Below are positions 1 to 8,529 of a stretch of DNA of 35,214 nucleotides, in pieces. The translations under genes were made by a program, and so were the position numbers. Source of the DNA: a virus; IMG/VR virus record IMGVR_UViG_3300045988_092691, positions 1-35,214 of that record. One strand, 5' to 3'. The number at the start of each line of letters is the position of its first letter. The stretch's first letter is position 1. Below the pieces are notes generated by a model. The model had not been told where the DNA came from. It searched no databases and saw nothing but the letters and a program-made list of their open reading frames with translations.

Positions 1-119
1 GATGACATTCTTTTTCAAAGCACCCATTGTCTTACCTGCAATAATAAAAGATTGTCCTGAGTGCATTTCCTGAGACCATGTGAGAAATCCAATAATACAG
101 GCTATTGTTTTTCCGGAAC
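1..119. repeat. Terminal direct repeat: 1-119 is identical to 35096-35214 (circular-contig overlap)
   Basis: Read directly: gatgacattctttttcaaagcaccc...gtttttccggaac occurs at both ends of the window. Confidence 0.95.
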
Positions 120-255
120 GAATAGACCCGTCAGCAACCACATAATTATTTTGTGATGCTGTGATACCTGGTCTCCACCAGTGGATTAATCTTCGCTGCT
201 GTGCTGAGAATGGCTTAAACTTAAATCTCGCCGGTCTCTTCTGATTCTTCGGCAT
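1..255 (-). CDS. terL: Terminase large subunit, 5' segment. The gene crosses the circular junction and continues in 34031..35214.
   Basis: ATG at 255 gives MPKNQKRPARFKFKPFSAQQRRLIHWWRPGITASQNNYVVADGSIRSGKT (Walker A) IACIIGFLTWSQE. It lies exactly 63 codons upstream of, and in frame with, the M at 35161 when base 1 is equated with 35096. The start overlaps the terS stop. Confidence 0.85.
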   Translation of the reverse strand, partial: MPKNQKRPARFKFKPFSAQQRRLIHWWRPGITASQNNYVVADGSIRSGKTIACIIGFLTWSQEMHSGQSFIIAGKTMGALKKNVI

Positions 256-742
256 CTTCTTCACCTTCCTCTTCATAAGCAAACAGCTCATCTATTTCTT
301 CCTGTGACGGATTCATAGCTTTCAAGAAGTCTTTAATATTCTCATCTCCAGCATCTGTATCTCCAACTTCCTGGTCGCGAGCTCTCTTCGCTCGATCTGT
401 ACGGATACGCTGTTCCTCATCATCTGCATATGTCTGAGATGACTGACCTGAATATTTTGCAATTGCTTCATAGGCTTTTACATTACCAGATAACCCCTCT
501 TTTATAATTGCCATGTTTAAAGCCGATTCAAGGGTGCACTCAACTCCAAGTGACTCTAGAACGGGTTTCCATTCTTCACTATCTATTTCTGCGGTAAGAA
601 GCATATTTAGCGTCTTGCGGAAATCTGCTTTTCTTCGTCGCGCTTCTCCGCTTGCCTTTCCTGCTTTTATTGCTAACTCCCGCCGTTCGTCCGCGGTTCG
701 CTTATCAAATCCATATTCTTTTATGTTTTCATAACCTGCCAC
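221..742 (-). CDS. terS: Terminase small subunit
   Basis: 173 aa, immediately upstream of and overlapping terL. Basic N-terminal DNA-binding-like region (KAGKASGEARRRKADFRK) and an acidic tail, typical of Firmicutes phage TerS. Confidence 0.75.
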   Translation of the reverse strand: MAGYENIKEYGFDKRTADERRELAIKAGKASGEARRRKADFRKTLNMLLTAEIDSEEWKPVLESLGVECTLESALNMAIIKEGLSGNVKAYEAIAKYSGQSSQTYADDEEQRIRTDRAKRARDQEVGDTDAGDENIKDFLKAMNPSQEEIDELFAYEEEGEEDAEESEETGEI

Positions 743-904
743 TTCACCACCTTCATTCTGGCTTTTTATACAACGAAAAAAGCACCCTGTTTCCAGAATG
801 CTTTTCGATAATTACTTCAAAGGAGTTCACGTCAATGACTTGTATCATCAGAAAGTATCTTGCCTTTTCTGTTCCTTCCTGATGATATCATAATACCACA
901 GATA

Positions 905-1360
905 CTACTGAACTTCTATGAACTCTTTTGGTAGTTCGAAATGTGCTAAAGCTTTTCCGTGAATCTTTAAAATCCAGCGTTCTGAATAATTCATCTTCTC
1001 AGCAATCTCCCACCAATCGAGCCCTTTTATGTAACGATAAAACAGTACATCTTTCTCATTTTCACTCCTAATCCGATTAATTCTTCTTGCTATCTCTTTG
1101 AAATCTTTGTACCGGTTATATCGTTCTTCTTTCAGATTACGTTCAAGCTCGTCCAGTTCTGCTGCGTAAGAAGATAAATCACTCTTCCCTGATCCGTGAG
1201 GCATTCCGTCATTATTCATTGATATTGAGCTTCTTATCGAACGGAGCTCTGCAAGTTCAGATTCTATTCTGCTGATCCGGCGGACATGAGTACGATATCT
1301 TCTCAGATACTCTTTCTTGAGATCGTTCTCGCTTTTCACATTATTCTCCTCGATCTGCAC
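905..1360 (-). CDS. Sigma-70 region-4-like HTH protein, putative late-gene transcriptional activator (RinA/ArpU/DUF1492-type position)
   Basis: C-terminus DVLFYRYIKGLDWWEIAEKMNYSERWILKIHGKALAHF resembles a sigma region 4 HTH. It is the last early gene before terS. Confidence 0.55.
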   Translation of the reverse strand: MQIEENNVKSENDLKKEYLRRYRTHVRRISRIESELAELRSIRSSISMNNDGMPHGSGKSDLSSYAAELDELERNLKEERYNRYKDFKEIARRINRIRSENEKDVLFYRYIKGLDWWEIAEKMNYSERWILKIHGKALAHFELPKEFIEVQ

Positions 1361-1544
1361 TTTGCATCTCTCCTTTCACATCAACTCCCATTTTGTTCAG
1401 ATAATTAGAAACTGTATAACTCTGATATGCAGCATGATTATACTGCGCCTTTGCAGAGTCGTTCAGATCCATTTCATCCATTTCAGCCATAGCATTGTGA
1501 TGATTCTGCATATCCAATCTCTGCTGCTTGCTTACGCGTCCCAT
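1341..1544 (-). CDS. Hypothetical protein
   Basis: 67-aa ORF in the co-directional early operon. Its start overlaps the stop of a possible 22-aa ORF (1544..1612) that has an AGGAGG site. Confidence 0.5.
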   Translation of the reverse strand: MGRVSKQQRLDMQNHHNAMAEMDEMDLNDSAKAQYNHAAYQSYTVSNYLNKMGVDVKGEMQSADRGE

Positions 1545-1633
1545 TATGTATCACCTTCTTCGTCGTCCCAGTGAGAGAGTATCTCATCTATAATTTCATC
1601 TGTTCTGTCCATGTTTGCCTCCTAAATGCCGAT

Positions 1634-1849
1634 TTAATCTAGTTCTACATCATTCATATACTTATGACATTTCCCATCTTCCTTGCAGTAAGCAACACAC
1701 CGTTCTTTGATGCATTCGTTTAATTGAATTCTCTGATAGTCTCCATGCCCTACCATCATTGCTTTTTCCCATATTACTTGTGTAAGATCAGGGCAGAACT
1801 TCAATCCTTGTGTGCTCAATTCTATTCCTCCACTTCTGACTGTAGCCAC
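1634..1849 (-). CDS. Hypothetical Cys-containing protein (start uncertain, GTG)
   Basis: 71-aa ORF with a weak RBS, co-directional with its neighbours. Confidence 0.4.
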   Translation of the reverse strand: MATVRSGGIELSTQGLKFCPDLTQVIWEKAMMVGHGDYQRIQLNECIKERCVAYCKEDGKCHKYMNDVELD

Positions 1850-2100
1850 TCAACCCATTCTCCGTACTCTTCTTCACTCGGGAATTCGTGGTCTGACAAT
1901 TGATAATCTGATTTAACCTTGCAAAGAAATTCTGCCAGTTCTTCATCATTACTATCACGGATTTTGTCTGCATTGGTCATAGGCTCGTAATATTCCTTAA
2001 CGACACATCCATGAACACATCTATTACACGGATATTCATTCTCCGTATTCTCTCTATATTTGCACTTTTCACATGTTTCAAATTCTTCCATGCTTATCAC
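1822..2100 (-). CDS. Hypothetical Cys-rich small protein
   Basis: 92 aa with CEKC...CNRC...C pairs followed by an acidic tail. Tightly packed in the operon. Confidence 0.6.
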   Translation of the reverse strand: MISMEEFETCEKCKYRENTENEYPCNRCVHGCVVKEYYEPMTNADKIRDSNDEELAEFLCKVKSDYQLSDHEFPSEEEYGEWVEWLQSEVEE

Positions 2101-2456
2101 TCTCCCTTATACGGTTCTGGAAGTGGCATCCAGGCGATAACATCTAGATAATTCCATCCATCAGTAAAATTGAAACCATTCCAAAAAGCTCTAAATGGAT
2201 ATACTTTGTCTTGCTCTGTACTTCCATATCCCGTTGTAACCAAATACAATTCCAAATGTTTATTCTCGAATAATGGATTCTCATTTGGTTCTTCCGGCAA
2301 CCTCTCACTGCACGGGATCCACTCGCCGAATTTCGGCTGTGCTTTTATGCAATCAAATACATGATATGCGAAGTCAGATAGCGTACAATCTATATTCTGC
2401 TCGTCTGTTTCAAATATTTTTTCAAGTTCTTCAATCAGCTTCTTCTCATCAATCAT
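2097..2456 (-). CDS. DUF551-like phage protein
   Basis: Start moved to ATG 2456 (MIDEKKLIEE...), which abuts the upstream stop at 2458. GEWIPCSERLPEE ... WMPLPEPY resembles the DUF551 pattern. Confidence 0.55.
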   Translation of the reverse strand: MIDEKKLIEELEKIFETDEQNIDCTLSDFAYHVFDCIKAQPKFGEWIPCSERLPEEPNENPLFENKHLELYLVTTGYGSTEQDKVYPFRAFWNGFNFTDGWNYLDVIAWMPLPEPYKGE

Positions 2457-2457
2457 A

Positions 2458-2751
2458 TTAATCACCCCAATCCAATTTCTGTCCACAATTCGGACAGTAA
2501 TCATAATCATCATAATCGATCTCATAGTGTTTTCCACAACAATGGCAAATCCATGTGTCGTATACCAATTCTCCGTCAGCATACCCGTCTCCCTCGTAAT
2601 CTGGTTTTTTAGGCATCTGCTTTTCTACTGCTGCTCTACATTCTTCTACTGTCCCGATCGCTCTATAATTTTTGTATTCGCAATCAAAATCATTCATGTT
2701 ATTACATATTCCGCATATCGAATATGAACACGATTTTATATTACAAATCAT
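2458..2751 (-). CDS. Cys-rich zinc-ribbon protein
   Basis: 97 aa with multiple CxxC pairs (CGIC, CHCCGKHY...CPNCG). Confidence 0.6.
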   Translation of the reverse strand: MICNIKSCSYSICGICNNMNDFDCEYKNYRAIGTVEECRAAVEKQMPKKPDYEGDGYADGELVYDTWICHCCGKHYEIDYDDYDYCPNCGQKLDWGD

Positions 2752-2776
2752 TACCTACCTCCTAAATTTCAGAATC

Positions 2777-2926
2777 CTATTCCTCGCATTCCACAACACC
2801 AAAATGATAACCACACTCTTCACATTTTGCCGTTCCATCACCATAGAATTCTTTAATTTCTGCTCCACATTTAGGACAATAATTAATATCATTAACATCT
2901 GTTATTCCACTAATATAACCAAGCAT
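2777..2926 (-). CDS. Small zinc-ribbon protein (49 aa, below the ORF-track cutoff)
   Basis: AGGAGGG, 7 nt, then ATG. Translates MLGYISGITDVNDINYCPKCGAEIKEFYGDGTAKCEECGYHFGVVECEE. Confidence 0.55.
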   Translation of the reverse strand: MLGYISGITDVNDINYCPKCGAEIKEFYGDGTAKCEECGYHFGVVECEE

Positions 2927-2938
2927 TTCGTTACCCTC

Positions 2939-3370
2939 CTATTTTTCAGCTTCCAAAAGGAACTGTTTTTCTTCAAGCTTTTCAAATAATGTTTTCCCGT
3001 TCTTATCAACTATGTACGGCATAAATACTTCTTCAAGCTTTACCATGTTAATATCCAGTAATGCCATCTGAGCTTCCACCCAGTCTTTCAGAATACACCA
3101 TGCCACACGCTCTGCTTGTTCTCTTGTTGCTTTGACCTTTGAATTCTTTTTCTTCTCCAGATGCAGCACTTTCAGACACTCATCAACCTTGGCCGGCATC
3201 TTAATCGGTATCTGATTATATCCGACATCTACCAGGAAACTCAGACTTTCTATGCATTCGCCATTATAGTTCTTCATGATTGACTTAGCCTTGTGTTTGA
3301 TCAGGATATTTTCTATCTCTGCCACAGTCTTATGTGAGTCGACCGTGGTTGTATAATTCAATATCGCCAT
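2939..3370 (-). CDS. Hypothetical phage protein
   Basis: 143-aa ORF with good operon packing. Confidence 0.6.
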   Translation of the reverse strand: MAILNYTTTVDSHKTVAEIENILIKHKAKSIMKNYNGECIESLSFLVDVGYNQIPIKMPAKVDECLKVLHLEKKKNSKVKATREQAERVAWCILKDWVEAQMALLDINMVKLEEVFMPYIVDKNGKTLFEKLEEKQFLLEAEK

Positions 3371-3395
3371 AACTCATCCTCTCCTAAATTTCAGT

Positions 3396-3848
3396 TTATT
3401 TCATAAACACCATCCAATGCGTTTTTGAGCGCCGATCTCCAAACAACGGTTTATATTTAATGCAATTCAGGATTTCAGACGTTTTAATCTGTTCCTCATT
3501 CCATTTAAAAATCAAAACTCCATCTTTTTTTAAGACTCTCATGCATTCATCAAATCCTGAACTTATGTATGTTTCCCAGTCTGTCGGCAATATCCCGTAT
3601 TTTTGGCCAATCCATGATTTTTCTCCTGCATGGATTAAATGAGGAGGGTCAAACACAACCATTTTGAATGTCTCGTCTTCATATGGCATGTCTCTGAAAT
3701 CCATCTTCACATCTGGTTTTATCACAAGCTTTCTTCCATCACATAGCGTCGTCTCTAATTCCCTGTTATCTGCAAATACAACATCCGGATTTTGCTTATC
3801 GAACCAAAACATACGGCTGCCACAACATGCGTCTAATATTCTTTGCAT
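3396..3848 (-). CDS. Small SAM-dependent DNA methyltransferase (N6-adenine or N4-cytosine type)
   Basis: ILDACCGSRMFWF (SAM-binding-like) and VVFDPPH (a DPPY/H catalytic motif IV variant). Confidence 0.6.
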   Translation of the reverse strand: MQRILDACCGSRMFWFDKQNPDVVFADNRELETTLCDGRKLVIKPDVKMDFRDMPYEDETFKMVVFDPPHLIHAGEKSWIGQKYGILPTDWETYISSGFDECMRVLKKDGVLIFKWNEEQIKTSEILNCIKYKPLFGDRRSKTHWMVFMK

Positions 3849-3926
3849 TCTCTACCTCCACTTAATTCTAAAACATCAACTAATATTTCAATTACTCAAC
3901 TGATACATCAACTAAGCCTAATTGTT

Positions 3927-4400
3927 TCAGTTTAGTTTGATACCATATGCAATGTATCCGCATCTCATATCTTTGTCAACATTGCAACCGTCATAAATAA
4001 TTATTTGTCCTCCGATTGACACGAGCTCTGTTCCAATCGGGACTATTGGAAGGAGATAAAGCGGAATAAGCCTCAACCCTTTTGTACGTTCAAGGTCAGC
4101 TATTATTTCATCAAGATTCTTGCCTTCTTTTTGCGCCGCACTTCCTTCCCATCCAAATTTCAATGCATCGATTTCCTCGTCAATTCCTTCGTCTGTATCC
4201 CATATTCCAAATCTCAACTCACGGCACTCTTCTTCTGTCAGATGCTCCCAATCGATATGTTTCTTTAATTCTTCAAGGAACATTTCTGTAGCTTTTTTCA
4301 GATCTTTTCTCGCATATTCATCACTCCAAGATTCATATTGTACTGATTCAGCTACTCTGTTTGCATACCATGTAAAACAGTTTAAAATCTCTTTTTTCAT
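3927..4400 (-). CDS. Hypothetical protein
   Basis: 157-aa ORF between the two methyltransferase genes. Confidence 0.55.
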   Translation of the reverse strand: MKKEILNCFTWYANRVAESVQYESWSDEYARKDLKKATEMFLEELKKHIDWEHLTEEECRELRFGIWDTDEGIDEEIDALKFGWEGSAAQKEGKNLDEIIADLERTKGLRLIPLYLLPIVPIGTELVSIGGQIIIYDGCNVDKDMRCGYIAYGIKLN

Positions 4401-4428
4401 TTTCTACCTCCACTAAAGCCTAATTTAG

Positions 4429-5826
4429 TTACGCAAACTTTAACTGCAGTTTGCTATCATCAATTCTCATATTCGGCATCCGTTCCCCGACTCTCAGATA
4501 CGGGCAATTTGCTTCTACCAATTTCTGTGCCATAATCGGCACTACACTGTTACCGATTCTTGCCACCTGTTTGCTTATTGGATACCTACTTCCGTTGTAA
4601 TCATGGTCAATGATGTAATCTTCAGGAAATCCCTGCATCACCTTCAGCTCTTCTGGTTTAAGCATTCTCAGGAAGATATCTTTCAGCACATATTTCTCGC
4701 CATCTATCTCAGTAACCGCATTGACCAGACCGAATCTATCTTTTGTGGTTATGGTACCAAGTGGACTGCTTAATTCTTGTCCGCACCCGGTACCATAATA
4801 CTTAATCAGAAATGCAGATATCAGTCCAAAATGACCAGGTGATGTCGTGATCGTATGCAAGGGCTCATCACATCCCTGACCTATTCCGGTTTTATAGAAC
4901 TTTGTTATAAACGCTGTTACAAGCCCATATCTGTTGCTGGTATCAATCGTCTTGATTGGATCCGTCAGAAGTTGTCCTCTGGAATCTCCTGCCTTTTGCT
5001 CTCCGTGATACTGGATAAGAAATGCAACTGCTTCTTGATTCTTCACTATGTACGGATGCGGATTATTGACCACATACTTTACATACCCATTCGCTATTCT
5101 TCGCATTGTTGCATCTGCCAACGGCTTCTTGCGTCCAAATATAGACTTACCTAAGTCAGACCAATCTATATAATCTCCGCATTCTTTCCACTTATCTGTT
5201 TCAAATAAATTACCATCTATACTGTGGGTTCTTGCAGGCCATAATATTGATATTCCGTCTCTCCGGAAGATTGCATACCAGCGTTTCCGTGTGGTAGGCG
5301 CTCCGTAGTCTGCAGCTATCAGCTCCCGACTATCAAATATGTATCCCAGTGACTTCATGGCAGTGATAAACTTCTTGTAGTCCTCGCCTTTTCGCTCTTG
5401 TATCGGATGTCCATCTTCATCCAGCGGTCCCCAATGCTGTATCTCTTCCACATTCTCCATAATTATCACGTCCGGAAGAATTTGCTTTGCATGCTTATAT
5501 ACCGCCCACGGAAGTATTCTCAGCCCTTTTTCTCTTGGCTTTCCGCCTTTTGCCTTTGAATGGCTTGTACAATCCGGAGAAGCCCACATTAGAGCCACAT
5601 GATGACCTTTTACATACTTCTGCAGGTCAACCTTGAAAATATCCTCTGTCAGATGCAGTGTATCTGGATGATTGGTCTTGTGCATCAATATGGCATCTGG
5701 ATCATGATTAATAGCTATGTCTACCTGTCTGCCAAGAGCCATTTCTATGCCAACGCTTGCTCCTCCACCACCAGCGAAGCAGTCAATAATTAAATCTCTC
5801 ATCTCTTCAAAAGGAATCCGATGCAT
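4429..5826 (-). CDS. dcm: DNA (cytosine-5)-methyltransferase
   Basis: Motif I DCFAGGGGAS, motif IV ASPDCTSHS (catalytic Cys), motif VI IIMENVEEI, motif VIII TTRKRWYAI, motif X RIGNSVVP. Confidence 0.9.
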   Translation of the reverse strand: MHRIPFEEMRDLIIDCFAGGGGASVGIEMALGRQVDIAINHDPDAILMHKTNHPDTLHLTEDIFKVDLQKYVKGHHVALMWASPDCTSHSKAKGGKPREKGLRILPWAVYKHAKQILPDVIIMENVEEIQHWGPLDEDGHPIQERKGEDYKKFITAMKSLGYIFDSRELIAADYGAPTTRKRWYAIFRRDGISILWPARTHSIDGNLFETDKWKECGDYIDWSDLGKSIFGRKKPLADATMRRIANGYVKYVVNNPHPYIVKNQEAVAFLIQYHGEQKAGDSRGQLLTDPIKTIDTSNRYGLVTAFITKFYKTGIGQGCDEPLHTITTSPGHFGLISAFLIKYYGTGCGQELSSPLGTITTKDRFGLVNAVTEIDGEKYVLKDIFLRMLKPEELKVMQGFPEDYIIDHDYNGSRYPISKQVARIGNSVVPIMAQKLVEANCPYLRVGERMPNMRIDDSKLQLKFA

Positions 5827-5855
5827 CTTTCCCGGCCGGGGATTCGGTCTCCTTT

Positions 5856-6026
5856 CTAATCAATTCCTAATATTCTTGCTCTGTTCTCAACCTCTTCAAG
5901 TCTTCTGATATTGTCATCCGTATTGTTAATAGCTGCACATGCTCTAGTCCATCTCACACGGAATGTTTCATACTCTGAAAGAGTATCAAAATATCTTTTT
6001 ATCTGCTCCGTAGCGATCATTATCAT
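5856..6026 (-). CDS. Small hypothetical protein (56 aa)
   Basis: Its ATG overlaps the upstream TGA (tgATG). Translates MIMIATEQIKRYFDTLSEYETFRVRWTRACAAINNTDDNIRRLEEVENRARILGID. Confidence 0.4.
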   Translation of the reverse strand: MIMIATEQIKRYFDTLSEYETFRVRWTRACAAINNTDDNIRRLEEVENRARILGID

Positions 6027-6163
6027 CACTTGCCTTTCTTGATAATCTTTCTACGTCTCTTGCTTCCAGCATATTTGAACGCATTCATATTACCTGGCTT
6101 AACGTTCGGTACTCTTATTTGCTGTTTTCCATCGCTGTGGCTGTATACTTTGTTCTCAAACAT
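6026..6163 (-). CDS. Small basic hypothetical protein (45 aa)
   Basis: GGAGG, 5 nt, then ATG. Translates MFENKVYSHSDGKQQIRVPNVKPGNMNAFKYAGSKRRRKIIKKGK. Confidence 0.45.
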   Translation of the reverse strand: MFENKVYSHSDGKQQIRVPNVKPGNMNAFKYAGSKRRRKIIKKGK

Positions 6164-6172
6164 AGCTACCTC

Positions 6173-6817
6173 CTACTGTATCAATCTGCATTCCAAGTCG
6201 GACATGTCATAGTCCCGTCCTTGAAAATTATTAAAGCTATTTCTATTTTTCGGTGCTTTCAGTGGTTTATAATCACTTCTTAGATAATCAGAAAACGGTG
6301 TATTAGGACCGATGAAAGTTGATGCAAGTTTAATATATTTTTCCTCAGTCTCATTGCATCTGCACTCATCCGCATATCTTTTAACTGCTAACAATAGCTC
6401 GTCCTCTGAAAAACCATCCTTAAGCCTCGCAAGATAACATTTATATGCTCTGGCTTTCTCTTTTTTTCTCGGGTATGCGTCCCAAAACTGTTCGAATGCA
6501 CACGAATATTTATTATTTACATTTACATTATCATTTTCATTTACATTAGGTTCATGCTTGGTTATTGTTTGGTTATTACTTGGTTTTTCTTTGGTTATAG
6601 GTCTGCCCCCTTTGGTTCCGTTTTGGTATCGCTTATTATTTGCATCTATCTGTGGTTTTGCCATAAGATAAATTGCCATTGCAACACCATCTTCTTCAGG
6701 CTCCTTATCATTTAATGCATACTCCATAATCGCTCGAAATGACTCAGCCTGTTCTTTCTCTGGTAACCTCTTTATGGCCTCATAGAAGCTCCTGTAAAAT
6801 ACAACGCTGTCCCTCAA
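6173..6817 (-). CDS. Putative replication initiation / replisome-organiser protein (DnaD-like C-terminal region)
   Basis: 214 aa. FEQFWDAYPRKKEKARAYKCY is a motif common in Firmicutes phage replication organisers. An N/K-rich linker is present. Sits in the replication module. Confidence 0.45.
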   Translation of the reverse strand: MRDSVVFYRSFYEAIKRLPEKEQAESFRAIMEYALNDKEPEEDGVAMAIYLMAKPQIDANNKRYQNGTKGGRPITKEKPSNNQTITKHEPNVNENDNVNVNNKYSCAFEQFWDAYPRKKEKARAYKCYLARLKDGFSEDELLLAVKRYADECRCNETEEKYIKLASTFIGPNTPFSDYLRSDYKPLKAPKNRNSFNNFQGRDYDMSDLECRLIQ

Positions 6818-7188
6818 TCGACCACCTCAATTTCTACTTCTATCCGTGGGTTCTTACTGTCAACATAGAACTCATCACGGAATCCAGTTATCTCTTTCCA
6901 TCCATCATTTTTAATAACCTTTGTATGTACAAGAGCATCCTGTATCACCTTCCTGCCGAACGAAGATATATTATCAAGGTCACGCCTTCTGTCAGGTTCA
7001 TACCATCTGTATGTCATGTATACCGGCTTCGATATCCTAAGCCTTCCTAGCTGCTCGTATATGGCACACTTGACTTTATTCTCATTATGGTTCTTCACAT
7101 TAGAACCTTTATACTGGTTCGTTCGACATGCAGCAATATAATCATTCAGGTTATCCAGTTTTCCTTGTATCGTTAATCTGTATATCAT
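6814..7188 (-). CDS. rusA: RusA-family Holliday junction resolvase
   Basis: EPDRRRDLDNISSFGRKVIQDAL matches the RusA catalytic PDRRRRDLDN region. 124 aa. Confidence 0.8.
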   Translation of the reverse strand: MIYRLTIQGKLDNLNDYIAACRTNQYKGSNVKNHNENKVKCAIYEQLGRLRISKPVYMTYRWYEPDRRRDLDNISSFGRKVIQDALVHTKVIKNDGWKEITGFRDEFYVDSKNPRIEVEIEVVD

Positions 7189-7534
7189 GCTCTTTCAACG
7201 CCTTTCTTGCAGACAGAAGAGACCATCCGATGCTTTTAAGTCTTGCATTTTCCTGATTATAATACGCTCTCAGAAGATTCACTTCTGTTTCATCGTTCAT
7301 ATCTGGCTTAAAATATCCTTTCCCATCCTGCATGTTAAGAATCGGTACTTCACGCCTTGCGCAATGAATCAGATCTCTTACCTTTCTATCGCTTACACCA
7401 ACCTTTCGCGCCAGATCACTTCTTGGTATCGCATTTTCTCTACCTGTCGGAATATAGTCTGTTATATCAATGGATTTCTTCTCAGGATCTCCAAGACTTT
7501 TTAGATAATCCTCTAATTCAATTTGGCCTATCAT
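7151..7534 (-). CDS. Winged-helix/HTH DNA-binding protein
   Basis: RSDLARKVGVSDRKVRDLIHCARRE is HTH-like. 127 aa, in the replication module. Confidence 0.5.
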   Translation of the reverse strand: MIGQIELEDYLKSLGDPEKKSIDITDYIPTGRENAIPRSDLARKVGVSDRKVRDLIHCARREVPILNMQDGKGYFKPDMNDETEVNLLRAYYNQENARLKSIGWSLLSARKALKEHDIQINDTRKTG

Positions 7535-7688
7535 CCTGTCTCCTTTCCTCAGGCTGTCCGCGCTCAGCCTGATGTACTAGATATAGCGATGAGAAAACGA
7601 TAGTTACATATTTGCGCGGATAGGTAATAGTTAATAGTTGCCGTGATACATATAGTGCAACGACTGTTGCTTATAGCAAGGATTACTC

Positions 7689-7991
7689 CTAGCTAACATA
7701 ATAGAATTCTTCCCGGAACTGCTCTTCTGTTCCATAGTGTGCTATGTAATATTCATTGCATCTGCGTCTCAAATCCTTATCGACTGCATCTGCTCCATTC
7801 CCTCTATGCGTACCATTCGGATGCAGTTCTGGTGAAAGTGGTGCAATGAATCCATACTTCTCGCACAGCTTACGCTCTCGCGGTGTATGGCTGAATACAT
7901 GATGCCGTTCAACACCGTAATTGCCGGTGTACATACAGTGATCCATATCATCTGTGAAGATGCTCCATAATCTCTTAGCCAATATCAACAC
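7689..7991 (-). CDS. Small Cys/His protein, possibly an HNH/Ref-like nuclease (start uncertain)
   Basis: C-x-YTG...ERHHVF...LSPELHPNGTH pattern. Candidate starts are GTG 7991, TTG 7982 and ATG 7946. Confidence 0.4.
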   Translation of the reverse strand: MLILAKRLWSIFTDDMDHCMYTGNYGVERHHVFSHTPRERKLCEKYGFIAPLSPELHPNGTHRGNGADAVDKDLRRRCNEYYIAHYGTEEQFREEFYYVS

Positions 7992-8529
7992 CCCATTTCT
8001 GCTTCATTTCATTAATCTGGTCAGGTGTCATTGTCTCTATACCAAGATCTTTTGCTTCCTCTACAGTTCCATCAATCAGTATGGACATTTCCTTTGTATC
8101 GTAAGTATGCGAACCTCTGTATATGCGGTAGAATGTCAGTTCCTGTCCATTCTCTGTCTTAGATCCACACGGATAGCAATGTAATGTTTCCTGTTCCAGC
8201 ATCTTTGACACTGGTACATTCGTCTTCATGATTGCAGGGCTTCCATCGTCCAGTAATTCAGGCTGACCATACCTACCAATCAAAATATTCTTACTTCTCG
8301 GCTTCGATATGTTCAGTACATCGGCTATCTTTCCGACTAGAACATGAAAGTAAGAATTAGCATCCAGAGACCTTTTCTGTCGGTATTTCTTAATCGTTAT
8401 TGATAACTTCTCACAGTCTTTTAATTCATCAAATGCCTGTCTTGCATCCTCATTCAACGTGAGAACGGCTTTCTGCTTATCAGCCAACAAATCCACCATC
8501 AGGCTGTCAAAATGTCCTGTAAAGTCCAT
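7975..8529 (-). CDS. NinB/Orf-family recombination mediator (putative)
   Basis: KRSLDANSYFHVLVGKI and GSHTYDTKEMSILIDGTVEEAKDLGIET parallel lambda NinB RSLDQNRKLWACLGDV and STSRMRVGEFAELLELIQAFGTERGV. Confidence 0.5.
   Translation of the reverse strand: MDFTGHFDSLMVDLLADKQKAVLTLNEDARQAFDELKDCEKLSITIKKYRQKRSLDANSYFHVLVGKIADVLNISKPRSKNILIGRYGQPELLDDGSPAIMKTNVPVSKMLEQETLHCYPCGSKTENGQELTFYRIYRGSHTYDTKEMSILIDGTVEEAKDLGIETMTPDQINEMKQKWGVDIG

Noticed and set aside
1-119. The 119-bp terminal repeat as a biological direct terminal repeat or cos end
   Set aside because: It falls in the middle of the terL coding sequence and has a length typical of an assembler k-mer overlap. Treated as circular closure, pending read-terminus analysis.
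743-904. Late promoter or pac site in the gap upstream of terS, plus a weak hairpin with a T run near 779-806
   Set aside because: Only a 5-6 bp stem with a 12-nt loop, and a TTGACG box with no convincing -10 at proper spacing. Too weak to call from sequence alone.
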